From contig OX597842.1 in NCBI GenBank assembly GCA_951406725.2, positions 34,348,001-34,412,000 of the forward strand: a DNA stretch of 64,000 nucleotides, given 5' to 3'. Source of the DNA: Octopus vulgaris. Taxonomy: Eukaryota. Position 1 is the first letter of the stretch. Every line of letters starts with the position of its first letter. Below are positions 26,847 through 40,940 of this stretch, piece by piece. Under the pieces are notes generated by a model that was not told where the DNA came from, searched no databases, and saw only the letters and a list, made by a program, of their open reading frames with translations. A program made the translations under genes and the position numbers.

Positions 26847-26957
26847 TTGTAAGTATGTATATATATATATCAATGCATATATATAACTATATATATATAT
26901 ATATATATATATAAACGTATATATATGAATATATATATTTATATATATATAAATGTG

Positions 26958-27001
<44 letters not shown>

Positions 27002-27541
27002 TATGTAAGTATTTGGTTATTTCTATACTCTGTAGAGATACAGGTGAGTAAAAGTCAGTGGGCTTCACGCTTCATTGACGCATCGATATCGCCTGGATGG
27101 CATCATTAGTCCGTAACACTCACCTCTCTGTATCTCTGAATGAGTGTTTGTGTGTGGAGGAGGGCTAAAAGGTGAACGGACATTTTATAGTCAGAAATAT
27201 ACAGAGAAAGCGAAGAAGAGGGAGAGAGAGATGGACAAATAGATACAGACGGCAGACAGACAAATAAATAGATATATAGATCGAGAGAGAGAGAGATGAT
27301 AGACATATATATATAGATATATACATACATATATACATACATACATACATACATAAATACATAGACAGACAGACAGACAGAAATACAGACAGGCAGACAG
27401 AGAAATATGTAGATAGATAGATGGATAGATACATACATACATACATACATACATACATACATACATACATACATACATACATACATACATACATAAAGAA
27501 ATAGATAGAGAGAGACAGACAGACAGACAAAAAGATAGATG

Positions 27542-27572
<31 letters not shown>

Positions 27573-27660
27573 GGGTGGATAGATAGACAGACAGACTGAC
27601 AAACAGACTGACAGACAGAGAAATATATAGATAAATAGATAGACAGACGAACAGACAGAC

Positions 27661-27751
<91 letters not shown>

Positions 27752-27855
27752 CAAACAGATAGATTTATGGAAGACTGAAAGGAAGAACTGGAAAAATTAA
27801 AACGAAATAAAATCGGAATCGAGAAAAAAAGAAAGAAAGAAAGAAAGGTAGAAAA

Positions 27856-27908
<53 letters not shown>

Positions 27909-28415
27909 ACAGAGAAGGAGAAAAATAAAGCTGGAGAAGGAAGGTAATAGAGAGAACACGTATACATTTAGAGCGAAGTTAGGAGTTAAGATTCAGATAA
28001 AATAAAAATTAAAAAAGCAACACTTCCTAAATGAATATAAACGAAAAGGGAAAGAATTAAAAAATAATCATAACAGCTACGTCGTGTGTCGGACGTTGGA
28101 GGAGTTGAATAAGGAATAGACGTAAATTTTGACAAGGCGCTTCGTAAGGGTGACATAATGGTGTAACGATGGTGACAGGTGCTAATGAGGGGATTATAGG
28201 GACCACGGCGGCTATTGCTGTTGTTGTTGTTGCTGCTGCTGAGACCACTGCTGCGGCTGCTGCTGCTGCTGCTGCTGCTATTACTGTTACAAGGATGTTG
28301 TGGCTGATAAAAATCGTGCAAGGGGACGGAGTAGAAGGGTGGAGGGTGAGTAGGTGGGGCGGGGGAAGGAGAAGGTGGCGTGAAATGGTGGATTTTTATG
28401 TGTGTGTATGTAGGT

Positions 28416-28484
<69 letters not shown>

Positions 28485-28574
28485 CATATATATATATACA
28501 CACGCATATTTATAGTACATTGAAAAACCAACGGTATTATAAATTTTTAAACTGTATATAAATATGTGAGTCTA

Positions 28575-28629
<55 letters not shown>

Positions 28630-28747
28630 GTATATGTATGTATATATACATATATATGTGCACATATGTACATATGTATATATATATTTGTGCATACATA
28701 TATGTATATATATGTATATATATATTTATGTATATATATATATAAAC

Positions 28748-28789
<42 letters not shown>

Positions 28790-30327
28790 TTATGTATGTA
28801 CTATATATAATTTATATCCCTATACATGTTGTATATATATTCTATATCATAAAGATATATATGCGTACATGTAATATATACGCATATATATATAGTCTAT
28901 ACTATTAGCATATATATGTATATAATATATGCTATGTATAGCTCCATATATATTCTATATGCTAGCATATACACATACACAGACACACACACAGGATGAC
29001 TTGTAGGATGGAGGTGATTCTGCACTGGTGTCGCATCGAATTGTTGGAGACAAAGTGATGCCATCGGGCGCGAAGGATGCGGCGTAGACAGAGGTGATCG
29101 AAGGTAACTCTGAACGAACTTAAAAAGCAACAGCCTTATGTAAAATTCAGTCAATGTTTTTGACTGATTTGTGCTGGAAGATCGTCTGATCGAGGAAAAT
29201 AATTAAATATGAGCGCCACACAGAGTCTGGGAATAAGTAAAATTAAGGTTAGTTAAAATTATTTTTGTGAAGTATTTCAACTGCTAAACGACAAATTCAC
29301 TGCAGTTACCATGGATGAATTATCTCTTTTATGGTGTGAAAACATCTGGCTTGTTCCCCTTAAGTTTATGTCCCCTTAATCTAGCGGTTCGGCAAAAAGA
29401 AACCGACAGAAATAAGTACCACGCTTAATATAAATAAGGTGAATACTGGGAACGATTCGTTCGACAAAAATATTTTTCAAGACGGTGCCCCAGCATGGGC
29501 ACAGTCTAATGTCTGAAACAAGTGACTGAATAAAATATAGAAGATATTACAGATTACGACAAACACCAGAAGACGGTTGGAGAGTACAACTGGCGAAATG
29601 TTGTGACACTATCAACCAAGATGAAACCACTCTTCTGAACATATCGGGCTTATAATAATGACAGTACCTCATCTCATAAGACTCATGTAAAAATCCGTTT
29701 CTACTCTCATACATTTGCCTTTATTTTATAACACTGCTTCCCTAACTCACAATTTCTCCTTCATAATAAAACTTCACTGTCTTCCCCCGCTATTTTTATT
29801 TTATTTTCTAATTCTTATATCTTCTCTCAACAATTCTCCTTCAACTTTTTTCTTCATATCTCCTCTTTTCCCTTTCATCCTTTTATCTTCGTTACACTAG
29901 CTTTCTTTTCATCTTTACGTCGTCTGCCATTTTACCTCCACGTTTTAAACACCGCTTTCTCTCTCTCTCACACGTCTTCTGCATCTTGTAACTCTATCTT
30001 CACTCGCAGTTTTCAAACATTTTCTAAATCTTCATTATTATTTCGGCATTTCTTCTCCATTTTTTAAAAATAACTCTGATTCCTTTCAATCGCCATTTCT
30101 TTTTTTTCATTATTTTATATTTCCTTCGCTCGTAAATTCTTCCTTCTTATGCCATATCAAAAATTGGCAAAGAATAGCTGCAGTGGTACGTTTCAACCAT
30201 TTCCTACCGTGTCAAGACTACTTCTAAGCAACTAGAATGAACCTCATAATTATCAAAGAACTGTCTCTTTATACAGGATTTCCCTGGTTGAGAAGAACGA
30301 CAGATATTTAAGTCTGGTATATATCAT

Positions 30328-30470
30328 TGGCGCAGGCATCGCTGTGTAATAAGAAACTTACTTCCCAATCACATAGTTCCGGGTTCAGTCCCACTGTGTG
30401 GTACCTTGGGCAAGTATTTTCTACTACAGCTTCGGGCCAACCAAAGCCTAGTGAGTAGATTTGGTAGGCA
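30328..30470 (+). mobile_element. SINE family B, 5' part
   Basis: GGCGCAGGCATCGCTGTGT...GGTTCAGTCCCACTGTGTGGTACCTTGGGCAAGT...GATTTGGTAG. Confidence 0.75.
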
Positions 30471-30479
30471 GAACATCTT

Positions 30480-31640
30480 AATGGAGAAGAAATACTAAAA
30501 AAAACGTGGAGAGAAAAGACGGAGTCAGACAGAACGAAAAGAAGAAATTAAAGTTGCGGAAAGACACAATAGCTCTCCACTAAAGAGTTACAAAATGCAG
30601 GAGGGATACTGAATGAAGAACGAAAACCTAAGAATTAAAATATGAAAATAAGCTGTCCACAATTCCATTTTGCAGACGCCATTTTCTTTCGTCCATCTCT
30701 CGTTTCGTCTTTCGTCTTCCGTTTTTCTTTCTTTTCATCTCTACTATTACAAATCTTTCACAAATTTGTCTTTGATATGTTCCTTCTCGATTATCAACCA
30801 TTTCTAGTGCACCGTACCACACCGCCACACAGCCCATAGCCCCCTCCAATACAGATCAAAAGAAAAAAATACTTACAGATACTATAGCCCTTCTCTAAAG
30901 AGTTACAAAAATGTAGTGTGGTATGTTGAATAAAGAACTGTGGCTAGGAAAAGCAAAGAATTCAGACAAAACGAAAGGGAGATATTTAAAAGAATGGTGA
31001 AAGATATCGCTATTTAGTGAAGAGTTACAAAATGGAGAGAGATATTGAATATATGGTGTAAGACTGAAGGAAAAGAAGGAAATTTTTTAAATGCTGAAAG
31101 GTATTGTAGCTCTTCACTAAAGAGTTACAAAAAGCAACGAGCATACTGAAAAACATAGTGAGGAAAGACGGAGAAGTTAGAACAAAAGGGAGAAAATAAA
31201 ACTGCTGAAAGATACTAGAGCTCTTCATTAAAGCGTTACAAACTGAAGGGGAAATACTGAATGAAGAATGAAGAACTAAGAATCAAAATATGAAAGAAAA
31301 CTATCCACAATTCCATTTTGAAGACGCCATTTTCTTTCATCTAGCTTTCGTTTCGCCTTTCGTCTTGCATTTTTCTTTCTTTTTATCTCTTCTATTGCAA
31401 ATCTTTCACAAATTTGGCTTTGATATGTTCCTACCAAGTTATCAACCATTTACAATACAACGTATCACACCACCACATAACCCACGACCCACAGCCTCCC
31501 GCCCAATCCAGGTCATAAGAAAATTAAGAAATGCTTAAAAATGCTTTAACTCTTTCCGAAGTAATCTAGTGTGCTCTACTAAGAAGAAAGAACGTGACGA
31601 GAAAAGGCAGAGAATTTAGAGGAAACGAAAAAGAAATATT
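30480..31640 (+). repeat. Diverged internally repetitive element
   Basis: Motif AGAGTTACAAAA (or AGCGTTACAAA) recurs five times in similar context; 30590-30850 is duplicated at 31235-31510; an inverted homologue lies at 36130-36420. Confidence 0.7.
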
Positions 31641-32182
31641 TTGTCTCTTTATTACCCACAAGGGGCTAAACATAGAGGGGACAAACAAGGACCGACAAAC
31701 GGATTAAGTCGATTACATTGACCCCAGGCGGCTGGCAGCATCGGTCGCGCCTACGTACACGTTCACGTGGGCGAGAGCGCGATGTTCGCTTCAGCCTCAC
31801 TAGATCGGGCACGGTAGCGCGGCGGAGCTCCGCGCGACTAGCGCAGGCCCGCCAATACCTGCACTGGCCGCAGTTTGTCATCTTTCAGGAATTTACGGGA
31901 CGGACCACGTCGTCTTCCGGCATCGGTCGCGGCTACGTCCACGTGTACGTAGGCGACACCGTGAGCTTAGGTGCGTTCTTTCGATATCGGGCACATAAAA
32001 GGACATACGCACTGGTACGCACATACGCACTGGTACTTAATTCGACCCTATTGTTTCACCAGACACTTAGTTTTTTTACCACGTACTTAATTTATCGACC
32101 GCGAAAGGATGAAAGGCAAAGTAGACCTCGGTGGAATTTGAACTCAGACGTGTGCTAACGATTCTACCAGCTCGAAGCCTTC
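31640..32182 (-). mobile_element. SINE family A pieces interrupted by a GC-rich insert
   Basis: Tail 31640-31727 matches 515-600; 32010-32182 matches the reverse complement of 36428-36612; non-SINE DNA lies between them. Confidence 0.75.
31728..32005 (+). other. GC-rich insert with two diverged 75-bp direct repeats and an exon-like unit
   Basis: 150 of 240 bases are G/C over 31741-31980; repeats at 31738-31812 and 31920-31994 align without indels; acceptor TTTGTCATCTTTCAG (ends 31888) and donor GTGAGC (31961) bound a 72-bp segment. Confidence 0.6.
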
Positions 32183-32331
32183 AATAAAACTAAATAAAAG
32201 CATACAAATTATGGAGTTGAAAAACGCTGCCTGTGTAATGTGAACCCGTATCTGTTGGGCAGCCTCTAATATTTTTTGTTAAAAAGGGCGTTTTTAACAC
32301 AATATCTACATGTTTTTAACACAATATCTAT

Positions 32332-32738
32332 AGGCGCAGGAGTGGCTGTGTGGTAAGTAGCTTGCTAACCAACCACATGGTTCCGGGTTCAGTCCCACTG
32401 CGTGGCATCTTGGGCAAGTGTCTTCTGCTATAGCCCCGGGCCGACCAATGCCTTGTGAGTGGATTTGGTAGACGGAAACTGAAAGAAGCCTGTCGTATAT
32501 ATGTATATATATATATATGTATGTTTGTGTGTCTGTGTTTGTCCCCCTAGCATTGCTTGACAACCGATGCTGGTGTGTTTACGTCCCCGTCACTTAGCGG
32601 TTCGGCAAAAGAGAGACCGATAGAATAAGTACTGGGCTTACAAAAAGAATAAGTCCCGGGGTCGATTTGCTCAAATAAAGGCGTTGCTCCAGCATGGCCG
32701 CAGTCAAATGACTGAAACAAGTAAAAGAGTAAAAGAGT
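32332..32738 (+). mobile_element. SINE family B, full length
   Basis: Complete head, CORE-like region, internal microsatellite and tail CCAGCATGGCCGCAGTCAAATGACTGAAACAAG(TAAAAGAG)2. Confidence 0.9.
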
Positions 32739-33082
32739 ATGCTTTTATAGTTTTATGCGATGTGCTTCGAGATTCACGTTTCCCAAAAGGACATATATTT
32801 GTCTATGTATTTATGCATAATTACACGTTTACGCCTACGAACAAGCACACACACACACATACACACACACACACACACATACGCACTCGTACCCAGACAC
32901 TCAGCAACAAATCCCTTTCATATATTTATACACACACATGTATATACACACACCGTACACGTATATTCACCTACTTTCAAATAATGCTATACATACTGGT
33001 CTAAATATAAAAAAATCCAAACCAAAACATAACGAACGTCTGTGTCTGTCTGTCTGTCTCTCTGTCTCTCTCTCTCTCTTTC

Positions 33083-33154
<72 letters not shown>

Positions 33155-33259
33155 CAAGCTCAAACACATATAATTCTTTACTCCAAAAAGTCTCTGACAT
33201 CAAATAAAGAAGTCTTTTATACACATACGCGAAACTACCGGTAGCCTTGTTACTCTGAA

Positions 33260-33307
<48 letters not shown>

Positions 33308-33534
33308 ATGTATATATATTGATATATATTATATACATTCACACAAACATATGTCTATGTATATTTATGTGTATATATGTGTGTATACACGCCCTACTAT
33401 TCAGACATGTAGAAAAATGACATTCTCAAGAAGCAGACGACCATTTAATGATGAAAAAAAAATAAACACTCGACAGCAACAACAACAACAACAACAACTA
33501 CAACTACAACATCATCATCAGCAGCAGCAGCAGC

Positions 33535-33580
<46 letters not shown>

Positions 33581-33726
33581 TTAACGAAGACGACGATGAT
33601 GATGATGATGATGTTGGTGATTGTGATGTTTGCCACAAGGAAGCACAGCATTGAAAAGCTTCGCGATGAGACGTATATTTATATATATCTGAGACATAAA
33701 TGCCGAACTCTCAACACATTTGTATA

Positions 33727-33770
<44 letters not shown>

Positions 33771-33827
33771 CACACATGGGTGAATATATACTTTATATAT
33801 TGTGTATTATATATGTATATATATGTA

Positions 33828-33968
<141 letters not shown>

Positions 33969-34047
33969 GCATTAACAAACGTTCGCATACATATGCACAT
34001 GTATGAATATATATCTATATATATGTGTGTATGTATGTGTATGTATC

Positions 34048-34095
<48 letters not shown>

Positions 34096-34167
34096 CGTGC
34101 ATATACTTACATAAGCTTATGTACGTATGTACATATACATACACAGGTATGTATATCTGTATGCATG

Positions 34168-34213
<46 letters not shown>

Positions 34214-34914
34214 CATATATGTATATACATACGTGTACACAAAAATGTTGTTATAATAATATACTTTAACACATTAAAATAATAAATAATAATAATAACA
34301 ATAATAATAATAGTAATAATAATAAATGATAATAATAATGATAATAATAATGATAATAATAACAACAACAACAACAATCATCACGATAATAGCAATAACA
34401 ACAATTGAGTAAAAACAATAAATGATGAAAAAGACGAGGAAGAAGGAAACGAGGAGAACAACAACAACAATAACAACAACAACAACAACAACAACAACGA
34501 AGATGGCGACTACGACGATGAAGACAGTAAAAATAACAATCTCTAGAAATCTGAAAACATGACAGACAACTCGAAAATGCTATATGGCGTCCAGAGTGAG
34601 ACGATGCGGAAGGGACATAACTGATAAGTACTTCCGGTACGAAAACAAAAACAAAAAAAAAACAAAACAAAACAAAAAACAACCCCCCCTCCAAAAAAAA
34701 ACACAACCTCCCTACCACCAACAAAAATGCAAAAAAAAAACGAAAGAAACAAAATAAAGCAACAAAAAAAAAACAACCAAAAATATAATAAAATAAAAGA
34801 GAGAAAATAATGGTAAGAATAATGATGATGATGATGATGATGATGATAATAATAATAATAATAATAATGATAAAAATAATAATAATAATAATAATAATAA
34901 TAGTAATAATAATG

Positions 34915-35038
<124 letters not shown>

Positions 35039-35042
35039 GATA

Positions 35043-35116
<74 letters not shown>

Positions 35117-35225
35117 AAGAATAACAAACAGAACTTTTAAATGTCGGCCAACGCGCGAAGAAGGTTGGAGTGATCATTATTATTATTATTATTACTATTA
35201 TTATTATTATTATTATTATCTTCAG

Positions 35226-35256
<31 letters not shown>

Positions 35257-35359
35257 GTCATTATTATTATTGTAATGGAAGGAGATAAAAAGAAGAATGA
35301 GTATAGAGTATATATATATGTATGTGTATGTGTATATATGTGTGCTTTTATGTATACAC

Positions 35360-35394
<35 letters not shown>

Positions 35395-35478
35395 TATATA
35401 TATATATATATATAGACATATATATGTGTGTATGTGTGTATATATATAGTTATATCTTTACGTTTATGTATGTGTATT

Positions 35479-35514
<36 letters not shown>

Positions 35515-35670
35515 ATATATATATATATATATAGTTATACATATACATGTATATATATACAAGCTTATATACCCATGCATATATTTTTATATATATGTCT
35601 GTATATATACATACACCTAAAAATACGTACATATATGAATCTATATATAAGTGTATGCACACACACACAT

Positions 35671-35719
<49 letters not shown>

Positions 35720-36427
35720 TTCATACATATACACATACATACACACACATATATATGTTTATATATACATGTATGAAAACGGAAAGCATAAAAAGAAAGA
35801 AAAGAGAGATGATGAGGAGGAGGAAGAGGAGGAGGAGGAGGAGGGGGAGGAGGAGAATGAACGCATAAAAAAAGCAAAAAAATAAATATAAACAACAGCA
35901 GCAAAAAACAAAAAAAAAGCGAAACAAAAGAAAAAAGAAAGGGAAAAATGTGCCGGATTTATGAAGGATGCTACGTGGTGAAAGAAGCTAATGAGAGATA
36001 TGGTATGGGAATGGTTTGGTGGGGTGGGTGGGGGTGGGGGTGCCTGCCTGGTTGTGTGGCGGCGTGGAATGGTATTGCGTGTGTGTGTTGTAAAATGGTT
36101 GATAACTAGGAAGGAACATATCAAAGACAAATTTGTGAAAGATTTGTAATAGAAGAGATAAAAAGAAAGATGGAAGACGAAAGACGAAATGAACGCTGGA
36201 CGAAAGAAAATGGCGTCTTCAAATCAAAATGGCATTGTCGACTATTTGCTTTTATATTTTACTCTTAGTTCTTCAGTTTTCATTTAGTATTCTCCCTTCA
36301 TTTTGTAACTCTTTCGTGAAGAGCTACAATACCTTTTCAATATTTTAAAATTCCTTTTTATTCCTCCAGTTTTACACCATGTTTTTCAATATCTCCCTCC
36401 ATTTTGTAACTCTAATATTTCTTTTTA

Positions 36428-36612
36428 GAAGGCGGCGAGCTGGCAGAATCGTTAGCACGCCGGGCGAAATGCGTAGCCGTATTTCGTCTGCCGCTACGTT
36501 CTGAGTTCAAATTCCGCCGAGGTCTACTTTGCCTTTCATCCTTTCGCGGTCGATAAATTAATTACGTGGTAAAAAACTAAGTGCCTGGTGAAACAATAGG
36601 GTCGATATAATC
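36428..36612 (+). mobile_element. SINE family A (variant 3' body)
   Basis: Family A head followed by GTGGTAAAAAACTAAGTGCCTGGTGAAACAATAGGGTCGA, shared with 32040-32085 (-). Confidence 0.85.
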
Positions 36613-36789
36613 CAGTGGTTACTATCTTCATTATTATTTCCTTTTAATCAGCATGTATGTTATAATCACTTGCTGAGACACACCCAGCCGAGGCACACCC
36701 AGCGTCCTGGGGCGAGTGAAGGATAAGGAATGTTGCAGTAGGCTGTCCACTTTTAGTGGTCAGTCCTCTAAATTTTGTATATATGTGAA

Positions 36790-37340
36790 ATTAACAGCGG
36801 ACCTTGAAGCAATCCAGAGAAGATTCACAAAGAAGATCGTCTCTTTGCAACAGCTCAGCTACTGGAAAAGGTTGAAACAGCTAAGACTCTACTCCCTGGA
36901 GAGAAAACGGGAGAGGTATGCAGCAATATATATCTGAAAGATCCTGGAAGGAATTGTGCCAAATTTTGGCATTGTAAGCTACACCAATGCTAGAACGGGA
37001 CGACACTGCATAGTGCCAAAGATCCCACCAATGCCATCAAGCTTCAGGACCAGCTTCTGCAACAGCCTGGGTTTCAAGGGCCCACAGCTTTTTAATATTC
37101 TCCCAAAGAGTCTGAGGAACTTGCACAAAGTAGATGTAGCGGTTTTTAAATCAAAGCTGGACATCTTCCTGTCAAGAGACCCAGATGAACCTACCTCACG
37201 ACAAGAGGTGCAAATGAGAGTAGCTATATCAAACTCCATTCTTCACCAAGTGCCACATATTAGAGGAGGTTCTTCGTAATAACAGTGTAGGACAAAACGG
37301 CGGTGCATCAGCATGGCCGCAGCTCTGAGCTGAAACAAAA
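36790..37340 (+). mobile_element. 3' end of a CR1-type LINE (pseudogenised ORF2 and 3' UTR)
   Basis: DLEAIQRRFTKKI...LSYWKRLKQLRLYSLERKRERY..IYI*KILEGIVPN...GPQLFNILPKSLRN....FKSKLDIFLS.PDEP, a typical CR1-group C-terminus; one premature stop at ~36935. Confidence 0.85.
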
Positions 37341-37354
37341 ACATATATATATGT

Positions 37355-37565
37355 AGTTAATTCAAACAAGAAAGCACAAAAAAAACACAACAACGCGAGG
37401 ACGCGGAACAAATATAGTATTATTGGACGCTCAGTAAAGAAGGAAAGAAGGAGGGTTTGACGTTTCGAGCGGAGCTCTTCGTCGGAAACATAGGAGAAGG
37501 AAAGCTCCAGAGAAGGGAAGACAGAGGAAAAAAATCGCCAACGGTACACACGGGGTCACATTTTA
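37355..37565 (-). mobile_element. Family H1b element with minimal hammerhead-like motif
   Basis: Minus strand GTTT-CCGACGA-A-GAGC TCC GCTC-GAAAC-GTC-AAAC at 37455-37489; flanked by (TA)n; a partial tandem copy follows at 37655-37748 and a full copy at 56915-57130. Confidence 0.75.
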
Positions 37566-37653
<88 letters not shown>

Positions 37654-37751
37654 AAGTTAATCCAAACAAGAAAAAAAAACACAACAACGCAAGGACGTGG
37701 AACAAATAAAGTATTATTGAACGCTCAGGAAAGAAGGGAAGAAGGAATAAA

Positions 37752-38050
37752 TGTGGAGGCGCAATGGCCCAGTGGTTAGGGCAGCGGACTCGCGGTCGGA
37801 GGATCGCGGTTTCGATTCCCAGACCGGGCGTTGTGTGTGTTTATTGAGCGAAAACAACTGAAAGCTCCACGAGGCTCCGGCAGGGGGTGGTGGTGACCCC
37901 TGCTGTACTCTTTCACCACTCTTTCTTCTGTTGGCCTGCTCGCTTAGCCAGCGGGGTGGCGTCATTCGAAGGCTAAAACAATGCGAAGCGCATTGTGACC
38001 AGCGATGTGTAGCAACATCTGATGGTCTGGTCGGTCACGTGATAACGTGA
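37752..38050 (+). mobile_element. tRNA-derived SINE, family C
   Basis: GGCGCAATGGCCCAGTGGTTAGGGCAGCGGACTCGCGG...GGTTTCGATTCCC tRNA-like head; ends CACGTGATAACGTGA then (TA)n. Confidence 0.8.
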
Positions 38051-38059
38051 TATATATAT

Positions 38060-38122
<63 letters not shown>

Positions 38123-38561
38123 CACATACGTGTGTATGTATATTTGCTACCAATGGTGAGGTTACATGTCTTCCATAGGAATATATCTTATGTATGTGTG
38201 TGTGTATTTGTGTGTGCGCGCGCGCGCGCGTGTCTTTACACATCGCTATTTGGTTGTATTTTATCGCCCAACTAATGAATTTGGACCGCCGACACCACCA
38301 ACGCCACCACCACCACAACCGCCGCCATCACCACTATCGTCACCACCATCGCCACCGGCGCCGCCGCCACCACGAAAAAATCCTGTCACAAAAATTATAG
38401 AAATCCGAAAATGCAGTGACACCACCGTTCGTCCGCACACACACCACCCCCCACCCCACCGCCACTCCTCCCAGTGGAATGGTGGGTGGGGGGTGGATGA
38501 ACACCACCCTGGACCAGCTCCCTAATTCCAATCATAACACCCTATGTCCACACACATACAC

Positions 38562-38605
38562 TTTCTCTCTCTCTCTCTCTCTCTCTCTTTGTTACTGGCT
38601 CTTTC

Positions 38606-38647
<42 letters not shown>

Positions 38648-38963
38648 TCGTTCTCTTTCTCTCTCTCTCTCTCTTTCTTTCTCTATCTATCTATCTCTTT
38701 CTCTCTCTCTTTCACTCCCTCTCTCTCCTTTTCTCTCTGTCTCTTTCACTCCTTCTCTCTCTTCTTCTCTCTCTCTCACTTTCACTCCCTCTCTCCTTTT
38801 CTCTCTCTCCTTTTCTCTCTCTCCTTTTCTCTCTCTCTCTTTCACTCCCTCTCTCTCCTTTTAACTCTCTCTCTCTCTCGGTATTTCTCTTTCTGTCTAT
38901 CTCAATTTCTCCTTCACTCTACCTTTCACTCAGTCTCTCATTACCCTTCTTTCTCTCCCTCTC

Positions 38964-39007
<44 letters not shown>

Positions 39008-39174
39008 ACTCGTTCTCTCTTTCTCTCTTTCAATCTAACTTCCACTCCCTCTCTCTCTTTCCCTCTCTCGCTCTTTCTCTCTCTTTCACTCTGTCTTTAT
39101 CTCTTTCTTTCACTCTTTCAATAATTCTCTCACTCCCCCTCTTTCTCTCCCTCTCACCACCCCTCTCTCTTTCA

Positions 39175-39206
<32 letters not shown>

Positions 39207-39560
39207 TTCACTCGTTCTCTCTTTCTCTCTTTCAATCTAACTTCCACTCCCTCTCTCTTTCCCTCTCTCGCTCTTCTCTCTCTTTCACTCTGTCTTTATC
39301 TCTTTCTTTCACTCTTTCAATAATTCTCTCACTCCCCCTCTTTCTCTCCCTCTCACCACCCCTCTCTCTTTCACTTTTTCTTTCTCTTTCTCTCTTTTAC
39401 AATCTCCCTATCATTCTCTCTCTCTCTCTCTTTCACTTTTTCTCTATCTCTCTCTCATTTTCACTCTTTCCTCCTCTCTCTCTCTCTCTCTCACTCTCCT
39501 TCTCTCCCATTCACTCAACCTTTGTCTTATCATCTCTCAATCACTCCCTCCCTCTCACTC
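38562..39560. repeat. ~1-kb (CT)n-rich polypyrimidine tract with internal ~200-bp duplication
   Basis: AATCTAAC marker at 39032 and 39234 with matching downstream sequence. Confidence 0.9.
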
Positions 39561-39914
39561 TCATCGTCGCCCTCCCCCCACATCTCTTCCATTCGTCCCT
39601 TAATTCTACACACCCACCCTCACAAACACACCACACACACACACACACACACACATAGCTCCTTGTGACCCTTCCATACACCCTGATCCCTTAGATAACC
39701 GCCGTTTCTTTGCCACCCGCGCTGCTCCGCCGCCATATTGCAAGGGAGCAAGTCCGGGCGGGAAAAGAACAAATCCGGGGTTAAAAAAGTGGGATCTGAT
39801 ATTTAATGAAGTTAAAATTAGGGGTCGTTATCAATATTAACTAGTGGGGGGGGTGTAGTTGTGATGGAAGTATATGCGTACGGAAAAGGATATATATATA
39901 AGCATATTAATAGA

Positions 39915-39966
39915 CACATACATACGTACATACGTACATATACATACATACATACATACATACATA

Positions 39967-40000
<34 letters not shown>

Positions 40001-40054
40001 CGTACATACGTACATACATACATACATACATACGTACATACATACATACATACA

Positions 40055-40086
<32 letters not shown>

Positions 40087-40252
40087 CATACATACATACA
40101 TATATACATACATACATACACACACACATACATACATACATACATGCATATATACGTACATACGTACATACATACATACATACATACATACGTACATACA
40201 TACATACATACATACATACATACATACATACATACATACATACATACATACA

Positions 40253-40284
<32 letters not shown>

Positions 40285-40368
40285 CATACATACATACATA
40301 CATATACATACATACATACATACATACATATACATACATACATACATACACACATATACATACATACA

Positions 40369-40400
<32 letters not shown>

Positions 40401-40580
40401 CATACATACATACATACATACATACGTACATACATACATACATACATACACACATATACATACATACATACATACATACATACATACGTACGTACGTACA
40501 TACATACATACATACATACATACATACATACATACATACATACATACATACATACATACATACATACATACATACATACA

Positions 40581-40612
<32 letters not shown>

Positions 40613-40908
40613 CATACATACATACATACATACACATACATACATACATACATACATACATACATACATACATACATACATACATACATACATACATACA
40701 TACATACATACATACATACATACATACATACATACATACATACATACATACATACATACATACATACATACATACATACATACATACATACATACATACA
40801 CACATATATACATACATACATACATACATACATACATACGTACATACATACATACATACACACATATACATACATACATACACACATATACATACATACA
40901 TACATACA

Positions 40909-40940
<32 letters not shown>

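Noticed and set aside
27032-27138. Inverted AGAGATACAG..GTGAGT / ACTCAC..CTGTATCTCT as a pre-miRNA or splice donors
   Set aside because: The interior pairs poorly, no known miRNA was recognised and no matching exon was found.
28995-29105. Possible coding exon between AG and GTAACT
   Set aside because: No polypyrimidine tract, stops in the frames examined and no recognisable peptide.
31738-31994. DGR template/variable repeat pair
   Set aside because: Differences are not adenine-specific on either strand and there is no DGR-type RT nearby.
37752-37830. tRNA-like sequence
   Set aside because: No acceptor-stem closure; it continues into a SINE body, with a homologue at 48266-48541.
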